Of a stretch of 64,000 nucleotides of DNA, positions 54,111 through 64,000 are shown in pieces; the first letter of the stretch is position 1; every line of letters begins with the position of its first letter. The stretch lies in assembly GCA_964016885.1 (NCBI GenBank), contig OZ024751.1, positions 4,092,001-4,156,000 of the forward strand, written 5' to 3'. Both the position numbers and the translations under genes were made by a program. Below the pieces are notes generated by a model. It worked only from the letters and a program-made list of their open reading frames with translations, had not been told where the DNA came from and ran no database searches. The DNA is from Eledone cirrhosa (Eukaryota).

Positions 54111-54665
54111 ACTTTGGAGTACATATATAGTGTATATACAGTGTGTATATAGTGTACATGTAGTGTATATACAATGCACATATAGTGCATATAATGTATA
54201 TACAGTGTGTATATACCAGGGTGCTGAAAAACTTGCGTAAGGGTATTGCTAAAGTGTAGAGCTGTTGCTTTACAGGGGAGGTAGTAATGTTGAATAAAAA
54301 CCTAATTAACTGATCCTCCTGTATTTTGTTTTACCCAAAGCTGGGAATTTTTCTGCACCCCAATAATGTATATAATTGTGATGTCACTTGTGCCAAGCTG
54401 TATCAGCCTTTTTCTTTCCCTTGGACTACATCATATATACAGTACGTATATAGTGTATATAGTTATGATGTCACTTGTGCCAAGCTGTATCAGCCTTTAC
54501 TTTTTCCTTGGAAAACATCAGTGGTATGGAGAGGGGAGACTGCTAGTCTTTCACAAAAACACCTTGGCCAGGTCCCAAACCAATAGTCATTCATGCCTGA
54601 AGTAGATATTTACCATATATTGATATAGTAATGTTGATATTTGTAACTAAAAGAGATATTTACCC

Positions 54666-54667
<2 letters not shown>

Positions 54668-54699
<32 letters not shown>

Positions 54700-56437
54700 A
54701 CGTTTAACGTCCGTGTTCCACGCTTGCATGGGTTTGGACGGGGGTAGTCCCACTTGAGGCAAGAGTTATTGTCTTGCTCGCATAGGACTGTCTGGCAGGT
54801 TTTCTACAGTTGGATGCCCTTCCTAACACCAACCACATTTACAGTGTGGGTCTGGGAGGTTTTTACCGTGTTGCCTACACGGCCACATTACAGCGTGGAC
54901 TGTGTGTTTTTTTGTCGTGACACCTACACGATCTCATTTGTTTCAGCCTCGATGGCGCGGCACCAACATAACTTTACATAGAACGGGGTGGTGTGGATGG
55001 GGTGGGGGCGGGGGTGGTGGGACGGGGTGTATTTTGTTAGAGATGCCTACTGGCTGGAGTAGGTTTTACTATATATTTAGGTAAGGCGGGTCTTCTCTGT
55101 TACTGAGTACCGCCAAAGGTCTCGGTCCAGTGACATTGTCTTAGAGAGGTGTAAGTGTGTGATGTCGGAGTTTATCAGCTCGTCCCAGGTTTTTCTAGGT
55201 CTGCCTATTCCGTGACTACCGTCTATCTTTATTGCCCTGCACTTTGTTATACAGCTATCGACTTTCATGCGCATCAAGTGTCCATACCAACGTAGCCTTC
55301 TCTCGAGTAAACAACATCTGATCCCTCTTATCTCTAATTTTTTCCTTAGTTCGTTTATGCTTTGCCGTTCACGTATATTACTGTTACACATCCAGCGGAG
55401 CATGCAAGCTTCGTTCCTCTCTAGTCTGCGTATATCCTCTGCACACAATGCCCAGGTCTCACTGCCATGCAGCATTGCTGTTCGTATGCAGGCATCGTAC
55501 AACCTGCCTTTCATTTTTAGTGAGAACCCTTTAGCAGCTAATAGTGGTATAAGCTCTCTGAACTTTTTCCAACCAGTTCTGACTCTAGCTACAGTACTTT
55601 CAGAGCACCCTCCCCCACTGCTGATTTTATCGCCCAGGTAACGGAAGCTGTCCACTATTTCTATAGAACCCTCTGCGCAATTGAAAGAGCTAGTAGTTTG
55701 TGGGCACTTGCTGCTACTTATTGCACCAGAGCACCGGCCACATGTAAAATCTATGTTCTTAGTTAGCTTACCTGTGATCCCACTACATCTTTTATGCACC
55801 CATACTTTGCATTTAGGACATAAAATGGAGTTTCTACCTACGCCTTTCCTACACACCGAGCACGACCATTTCCCAGAAGGGACCGCCGCCTTGTTTTCTT
55901 TCCTACAAACTAGTACTTTGGTCTTAGCCAGGTTAATTTTAAGTCCTTTTGACTCTAGGCCGTGCTTCCATGTTTGGAATTTCTTCTCTAGCTCGGCCAT
56001 TGATTCCGCTATGAGTGTCAGGTCGTCTGCGTATAGGAGTTCCCATGGGCAGCCTGTCTTGAACTCCTCTGTTATAGCCTGAAGGGCAATAATAAATAGT
56101 AGTGGGCTGAGAACAGAGCCCTGATGGACGCCAACTTTTACGCTAAACTCTTCACTATATTCGTTGTTAATTCTAACCTTGCTGACTGTTTCTTTATACA
56201 TGGCTTGTATAGCCCTCACAAGCCATTCGTCAACGCCTAGTTTTCTAAGAGCCCACCAGATAATGGAGCGGGGGACTCTGTCGAAGGCTTTCTCCAAGTC
56301 GACAAAAGCTAAGTAGAGGGGTTTACCTTTAGCTAGGTACTTCTCCTGTAGTTGTCGTACTATGAAAAGAGCGTCTGTGGTACTTTTGCCTGACACAAAC
56401 CCGAACTGCATTTCATCTAGGTCAATTCTCTCTCTGT
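54668..56437 (-). mobile_element. 5'-truncated RTE LINE with an uninterrupted RT-PHD frame (best-preserved copy)
   Basis: About 450 open codons (55077-56437): QFGF, DLEKAFDR, GVHQGSVLSPLLF, YADDL, C4HC3 insert, FRYLG, RLRWYGH. 3' UTR and (GAT)n tail present. Confidence 0.93.
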
Positions 56438-56757
56438 ACAAATTTATATATATATATATATAACCCATGCTAGCATGGAAGAACGGATGTAAAATGGTGA
56501 TGATGATGATATATATATATATAAATTTAAATAATTTGAAAAGCCATACAATGCATTAGAAAATTAAAGGTGCCAAGATAACGATAGAATTTTACCTTAA
56601 CAAATTTAATTATCCCAAATATTTTTGAGTTTAAAAATCAATTATCAAAGCAGTATCCCTGTGAAAATCTTAATGGACTGGTTGGAGATGAGTTGTTGTT
56701 AGGAAGGCAGATGTAAATATAAAGTATTACCAAATACAGTTTCACATTAAATATTGA

Positions 56758-56977
56758 TTTACAATTATTTCGCCTCTATTGGGACTTATCAAAATCAATC
56801 ATTTTATGAACAAATACCTCAACATATTGATCTCATCACACACACCAAGAAGTTATGGTTTAAACAAGGCTTCTCACCGTGACTTCTTGGTGTGTGTGGT
56901 GATATCAATATGTTGAAGTATTTGTTCATAAAATGATTGATTTTGATAAGTCCCTATAAGGACGAAACAATCGTAAA
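56758..56977. repeat. Inverted repeat, ~100-bp arms with a 16-nt loop, each arm ending in a degenerate hammerhead-like motif
   Basis: 56758-56859 pairs with 56876-56977. The right arm contains TTGATAA-GTCC-CTATAA-GGAC-GAAAC-AATC-GTA. Confidence 0.85.
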
Positions 56978-58480
56978 AAATTTAAGTTTTCTTGTTAGAA
57001 AATCCATTAAAGTTTGTTGTCGCTTTCGGTTTTTTTCATTCTCTCACGTTGGTTATTATACGTTCGTAGCCATGACATTATCCCCCCTCCTCTGTTCTGT
57101 ACGCTGATGTAAAGTATACTTTAGTTGTATAATTGAAATGGATCCTAGCTGGTGGCGGATTCCGTAATGTAGAAATTTCAGTATTCATCCTATTTCTGAA
57201 TTAAGTACTCTCGTTAGAAAATCAGTTATGTTTGACTTTTGTTTTTGTTTTTCCAGTATCTCCCAGTTTGGCTATGCACATCCGTCTTCCAGAAGTCACC
57301 TTTCACCCCCACCCACCCCCACTCACCACTATAGTTATTTGGGCTAATCAAGACTCAGTGGTTTTATAGTAAGGTTTCTAATGCTAATCTCTGTTGCAAG
57401 GCCGCTACTTCTTAAGCTTAGATCTAGGTGTTGCTCGCTATGATAAATGGACTGCAGAGTTGAAGAACTTGAACACTCAACAAATATAAATTCACCTCCC
57501 GTTTCTGGGCGAGCATGCAAGCACTCCTCTTTATATCAGACATGGAAGCCCAAGACCAACATAATTCCGTCTCCCACACCCCTCTCTGTGGCCCTATCCC
57601 ATCCCTTCCTCCCCAGCGAAATCCAAACTTTCAGAGTTGTTACCATGAACGTAGACACATTGAAAGGTCGCTCAAATGAGGTTATAGAGATGCTTGAACG
57701 TAAGGAAGTTGATGTTTGTTGTGTTCGAGAGACTAGGGGTGGGTCTCCTATATTCATTGTGGGCAAGAAACGATGCTATAAGCTTTTCTGGATGGGATGT
57801 GATAGCGGGCTGGCTGGTGTTGGAATTATGTTAGTAGAAAAATGGGTAGATAAGGTAATTGCCGTAAATTGAGTGAATGACAGGATTATTAAAATAAGAC
57901 TAGTTCTCAATAGGACAACTGTATCAATTATATCCACTTATGCACCCCAATCCGGATTACCAGACGTTATTTAAGACAGGTTCTATGAGTCGTTAATGCT
58001 CACTACCTCCCAGATATCCAACAGTGACTATATAATTATTGCTGGCGACTTTAATGGTTATGTTGGACAACATTCTGATGGCTATGATGGAACCCATGGA
58101 GGTTATGGGTTTGATACTAGAAATGAGGAAGGCTTCAGGATCCTGGAATTCTGTGATGCAAATGACCTGACACAAACTTTTAAAAACGTGACAGTCACTT
58201 GATCACTTATAGATCAGGGGAACACACCAGCCAGATAGATTTTATCCTTACTAGAAAACGAGACAGAGTGTCTGTTATGAACACTAAGTCCCTCCCGCAC
58301 AAAGAATGCGCCTCCCAACATAACTTAATAGTTAGTGACCTCATAGCAATCAGACATACTTGCCGGCAGAGGAATACTTTAAGGAGAAGATTATGGAAGT
58401 TGAAGAACCCCACAGCCAGTAACAAATTTAAAAGCATATTACTTGATGCTTTTGATCGTAAGGAAGAGCAATTAGAGACA

Positions 58481-59329
58481 CTAGCAGAAATACCACCCTT
58501 TGGCTGGTTTTCTGCTAGCATGTATAGTGTGCATATTGATATATACATGCATGTAGATATGATACATCAAATACAGTTGTAATTGACAATATGGCACATG
58601 GCTTAGTGGTTAGAGCATTGGGCTTGCAATCGAAAGGTTGTGGGTTCAATTCTCAGACTGGGTGATGTGTTGTTTCCTTGAGCAAGACACTTTATTTCAC
58701 ATCGCTCCAGTTTACTCAGCTGTAGAAATGAGATGATAGGGACTGGGGTCCATATCATTCCACTGTAAAGTGGTCGTGGAGGTGCCACGGCAAAAAAGCA
58801 CCCAGCACTTACTGTAAATGAGGTTGGTGTTAGGAAGGGCATCCAGCTGTAGAAATCAAGCCAGAATCAGTTCCCGTCCCACCCTTGCAAGCAGGGAAAA
58901 GCGGACATAAAATGATGATGATGATGATGAATATGCACAGAAATTGAAGAGAGACTGTGTTACAATGTCTTCTATAATCAGTAAAGTAATCCATGATACA
59001 TTTAAAAAAGATGATATTATATATAAACTGCATTATGCAATGTAATGAAAATGAAAAAGGCGAAAATTAACGACGGAAATAAGTGTTGTGATATAACGGA
59101 CACTAACTGGAAGTGTAGATATTTAAAAATTTTAAAAGAAGTGAATCTTAAAATAAGCAATCATTATATATAAGAATATTTATGTTTAATCAACAGGTAC
59201 GAAATTTAGTACAAAAATTATGTAATATTCATTCATTATTTATTCGAAGTAATCTAAATTATTTTACTAACGGGGTAAAAAAATATATTCAGGATGCAGT
59301 CCCGCACTCCTCCCTTTATTATTTTATGA
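58481..59329 (-). mobile_element. Probable non-autonomous Helitron
   Basis: The insert sits between A and T of the RTE with no TSD. The minus strand starts TCATAAAATAATAAAGGG and ends in a hairpin plus CTAG. Confidence 0.65.
58593..58930 (+). mobile_element. SINE family B with an RTE-derived 3' tail
   Basis: tRNA-like head, CCTTGAGCAAGACACTT, then GGTGTTAGGAAGGGCATCCAGCTG...GCGGACATAAAATGATGATG. AATAT on both sides. Confidence 0.75.
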
Positions 59330-61824
59330 TACCTGAATATAGAGGAACAGTGGGAATGCCTGAAAGTTAACCTGTTGAAGACTGATGAAACCATTAGGCA
59401 GGAGGAGAGTGACATGGTGGTGGAACAGTAGGGTGGAGGAGTCCATCAAGGGCAAAAAGCAGGCTTGGAAAGAATGGCAGGTTGGGGGTAGTAGAGAACA
59501 CTATCGGGTAGCTAGGAGAGAAGCTAGACAACAAGTATTCTTTCCAAAGAGTGAAGTAGAGGATAGTAAGTTCAAGCATATTCTACAATGTCAGGACCAA
59601 AGACATGAGGTGTTCAGGATTGCGAGGCAATGTGTCATGGAGAATTGTGATATTGTTGGGGAAACGTGTGTCCGTAATGACGATGGTATACTTTCCCTCA
59701 CTGATAGTGATAAGAAGTTACCTTGGAAGTGTCACTACGAGAGACTACTGAATGAGGAGAATGAATGGAATAAAGATAGTCTGCCCCACATTGATCCAAT
59801 AGAAGGACCAGCTGTGCAAGTTAATGGTAGTATAGTAAGTAAGGCAATCAGAGATATTAAGACAGGCAAGGCAGCCGGGCCTTCAGGGATAGTTGCTGAA
59901 ATGTTGAAGGTTTCTGGAATGGTGGGACATACTATGGTCACCCGGATAGTAGACCAAGTAATACAGAATGGGGTCATACCAAATGACTGGCGTAGTAGTA
60001 GCAGCATCAACTGTTACAAGGGCAAAGGAGACGCCCTGGATAGAGGAAACTATAGGGGCATTAAATTAGTTGACCAGGTCATGAAAATCACAGAAAGTTA
60101 TTACTCAACTGATAAGGGACTGAATTGATCTATATGAAATGCAATTTAGGTTTGTGTCAAGTAAAAGCACCACAGATGCTCTTTTCCTTGTACGGCAACT
60201 ACAGGAGAAGTACCTAGCGAAATGTAAACCCCTCTACTTAACTTTTGTTGACTTGGAGAAGGCTTTTGACAGAGTCCCACACACCTTAATCTGGTGGGCT
60301 GTTAGAAAACTAGGAGTAGATGAATGGCTTGTGAGAGCTATACAAGCCATGTATAGAGGAACAGTCAGCATGGTTAGAATTAACAATGAATATAGTGAAG
60401 AATTTAGCATAATAGTAGGGGTTCACCAGGGCTCCGTCCTTAGCCCCCTCCTGTTTATTATTGTCCTACAGACTATAACAGAAGGGTTTAAGACCGGCTG
60501 CTCATGGGAACTTCTATATGCAGATGATCTAACTCTCATAGCTGAATCCATGGCTGAACTAGAGAAGAAGTTCCAAACATGGAAGCATGGCCTAAAATCA
60601 AAAGGCCTTAGAGTCAATTTGTCTAAGACTAAAGTTCTAGTATGTAGAAAGGAAAATAGGGCACAGGTGCCCTCTGGGAAATGGCCATGCTCAGTGTGTA
60701 AGAAAGAAGTAGGTAGAAATTCCATTCTATCCCCCAAATGCAAACTATGGGTACATACAAGATGTAGTGGGATCACAGGTAAGCTATCTAAGAATGTAGA
60801 TTTTATGTGGCCAATGCTCAGGTGCAGTAAGTAGCGAGGGCCCACTGGTTGCTATCTCCTTCAACTGCCTCGATGGTTCTATAGAAATAGTAGACACTTC
60901 CGTTACCTGGGTGACAAAATCAGCAGTGGAGGAGGGTGCTCTGAAAGTGTAGTAGCCAGAGTTAGAACAGGATGGAAAAAGTTCAGAGACCTAATACAAG
61001 GGGTTTTTCTCTAAAAGTGAAAGGCAGATTGTATGATGCATGTATATGAATGGTGATATTACATGGTATTGAGACCTGGGCATTGTGTGTTGAAGATTTG
61101 CATAAATTAGAAAGAAATGAAGCTTGCATGCTCCGATGGATTTGGAATAGTAATGTGCACGAACGACAAAGCCTTAACGAATTGAGAGAGAGACTAAGCA
61201 TAAGAGGTATCAAATGTTGTGTTCTGGAGAGGAGATTGCGTTGGTATGGCCATGTGATGCGTATGAAGGATGACAGCTGTATAAAAAAGTGCAGAGCAAT
61301 GAAAATTGATGGAAGCTATGGAGTGGGTAGACCAAGGAAAAACTGGGACGAGGTGATAAAAACTGACCTTGTTCACTTATACCTCTCTAAGACAATGTCA
61401 CTGGATCGAGATCTTTAACGCCATGCAATTGTACAGAAGACCTGCCTTCCCTCAGTCAGTAGGCACCTCTTAACCCAATATACACCCCACCCCACACACC
61501 CTACCTCATCCTCCCATTTCCGTCTACTGTGTCGATGACACAACAAAAAGCACCCAGTCCATTCTGTAAGGTGGTCATGTAGGAGACACGGTAAAAAGGT
61601 TCCCAGTCCACACTATAAAGTGGTTGGTGTTAGGAAGGGCATCCAGCTGTAAAAAACCTGCCAGAGACACTTCTGTACAAGCAAGACACAGTCTCCTGAC
61701 CATTCCTGCATCAAATGGAACAAAACCATCTAACCCATACTAACGTGGAAGATGGTTGTTAAACGACGACGATTATGATATATATATATATATATATTAA
61801 TACTAATATTGTCTTGTATTTCAG

Positions 61825-61956
61825 ATGATGTCTTTTTGACCCTGGAACATGCCAAAGAGCAGTTTTTATCATTGCTACAGAAGATGGATATTGATGCACT
61901 TGTTGCATTTGATAAATGGTTAAAAATGATGCGTATTAGTCGCAATCCACTTACTG
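61825..61956 (+). CDS. Probable downstream 132-bp coding exon of the DUF3504-like gene
   Basis: Acceptor TCTTGTATTTCAG| and donor G|GTAAGT, phase 1 at both ends, matching the phase-1 donor at 29472. Open: DDVFLTLEHAKEQFLSLLQKMDIDALVAFDKWLKMMRISRNPLT. Confidence 0.72.
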
Positions 61957-62219
61957 GTAAGTCTCCTCATTGATTTTTCCCTCTCTTATTTTTGTCATTG
62001 ATAGGATGGGGAGGGGTTCTCATACTTGTTATAGAGTCCTTTTTGTTTTTTTGAAGCAATGTTCCATGGCTGGATGTCCTTCCTGGTGTCAACCCTTTTA
62101 TCCTTTTAGATGCCTCTTACAACACAAGGGTATTGTATACCTAATGTAAGCCAAGTACCTCACATTATCAAAGTAAAAATAGTAAGCCAAGTACCTCACA
62201 TTATCAAAGCTCCAATGTA

Positions 62220-62550
62220 TGTATGTACCAGTAACTCCTAATGGAGTTGTAGGGGTGTCATATTGACATAAGGTGTTTCTTGGGTATTTTCAAACCTGGC
62301 GGGGCCCTTCTCCTTTCCAGGTTTGAACACAGCAGATTTCTTTGAGAGAAGGATAATAGAGAGTGACAGAAAAGAATTGAGAAAAGAGATACAGAAGAAG
62401 AATCAACCAGAGTACTAAACTGGTATTTTTTTTTTGTCGACCTTGAAACGATGAAAGGCAAAGTTGACTTCAGTGGGATTTGAACTCAGAGAGCAGAGAG
62501 CTATAACAAATATCACAAAGCATTCTATCCAACGTTCTAATTCACCGCCT
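62220..62550 (-). mobile_element. SINE family A2
   Basis: Same head, core and tail as 4240 and 6675. Confidence 0.7.
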
Positions 62551-63844
62551 TTGGAGCTCCAATAAGGTAGAAAAATCTTGATGACAGAATGATGCACATT
62601 ATAGAGATTTGTCGACAACTGACAAGTGTAATGATGGAGTTGATGGTGTTCATACTTTGTTCAGTCCCTGTATTAATCCTATAACCATCTGATACTGATT
62701 TGTCATTTACTTTAACCCTTTTGATATCAAACTGCTTGAAACCATGAATGGTTCTACGCTACAGCAACAAATGAGTTAAAGTGATTATATTTATCTAAAA
62801 ACATTCCATCATAATCCACTAAATAATAAAAGCCAATGTGTATTTGTCCCTCACGTACTAGAGATGACTGAGGAAGGAAGGGGTGATGACAAACTACAGA
62901 AAGCAGCGTCTGATATTTGCTACACCTGTGGGTGTATATGTATAGCGAATTGGCTACATACATTGGCTGTTGTGATTATATGAGTGTTTGTGTGTATGTG
63001 TAAATTATGTTATGATTATATGTGTGTTTGTGTAAATTATATTTATATATAATATTTGAGTGAGTGTATATGTGTTTGTGTGTGTTTATTTAGAAAGATA
63101 CACAGACAATAGAATTACAAACACATGCATATCTACACATATATATATAAACAGACACACTTAGAAAAAATAATTATTACAAACACACACATCTATGTGA
63201 TGACTGAGGAAGCAGGGAGGTGGGTGAGAAACTATACAAGTCCAGCATTCTAAGATTCATCACATTTGTGTGTGTATATGTGTAGTGAATTGGCTACTTA
63301 CATTGGCTGTGTGTTTGTATCACTTGCGTGAGTGAGCACGACGGAACCAACAAACATCTCTTTTTATATTATGTATAGATATTACAATTAGCTGTCATTT
63401 TTTACAGCATGGGGCTAGCTAGTAGAAGAAAAATTGTTATGTTATGTTCTTAACTCCACATTAAAAATTGTTATGTTATGTTCTTAACTCCACATTAACT
63501 CCATAATGTGGAAATTAGTTATTTTGTTAAATCCTTCGAAATGCTTGATTATTTTCAAGTAACAAATGCTTGATTATTTCAAGTAACAAAGGGTTAAAGT
63601 GTTTATATTTATCTCAAAACGTTCTATTATAATTTTATGTAAGACCTTTTTATTAAGTAGTAGATATAATTTGAATGGCCTTGTGTCTAAGTAAGCAATC
63701 CTTATAACTATCTCAATTTCACATTGAAATGTTTAGCTGTAGTTATGTTCTAAGCCTCCAAATTCTTCATTATTTTCAAAGTGATTTGGAAGTCGTAGGC
63801 AGTGTCTTTCATTGTACTTTTCTGGGGTCAATCAGATCATTCAA

Positions 63845-64000
63845 TGATTTCATGAAGGGGTCAATAGTTTAGTCAATAATCTAATTAGTTTGTGATCAAG
63901 GAGGAGGGGTGGTTCAAGAATTTCATGAAGGAGTCGATGGTTTAAATAGTTTGTGGTTCAAGGATTTCATGAAGGGGTCAATGGTTTAAATAGTTTGTGG
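63845..64000. repeat. Tandem repeat continuing past the window end
   Basis: ATTTCATGAAGGGGTCAATGGTTTAAATAGTTTGTGG occurs three times. Confidence 0.75.

Larger units (their letters stand above)
57447..61780 (+). mobile_element. Near full-length degenerate RTE LINE interrupted at 58481-59329
   Basis: VTMNVDTLKGR, AGDFNGYVG, SQIDFIL, NYRGIKL, DLEKAFDR, GVHQGS, YADDL, PHD-like insert, RLRWYGHV, then the 3' UTR ending GTTAAACGACGACGATT. Confidence 0.92.

Noticed and set aside
62755-63380. Possible non-autonomous Helitron (TCTATACATAATATAA on the minus strand at ~63379, with an internal ~110-bp direct repeat)
   Set aside because: No convincing hairpin-CTAG 3' end was found, so it is left unclassified.

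Overview
AT-rich, repeat-dense animal genomic DNA. The repeat repertoire suggests a mollusc, probably an octopus; this is an inference and was not checked by search. One host gene is supported: a Crypton-derived, DUF3504-like (KIAA1958/QRICH1/ZMYM-type) protein. Its large coding exon is at about 27858-29472, and a probable in-frame 132-bp exon at 61825-61956 follows a ~32-kb intron. The rest is mostly transposon debris and microsatellites. This includes many RTE-clade LINE copies with a PHD-like finger inside the reverse transcriptase (RT), a CR1-type LINE, a CRE-like fragment, an internally deleted Rep/PIF1 Helitron and a non-autonomous Helitron. There are also a mariner fragment, hAT and TTAA (piggyBac-like) MITEs, tRNA-derived SINEs and a tandem LTR-like pair. 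Several Penelope-like relics are built as inverted repeats carrying hammerhead-ribozyme-like motifs. Most short ORFs in the track are antisense to LINEs or are microsatellite artefacts. All calls were made by eye and boundaries are approximate unless a TSD or splice site is quoted.
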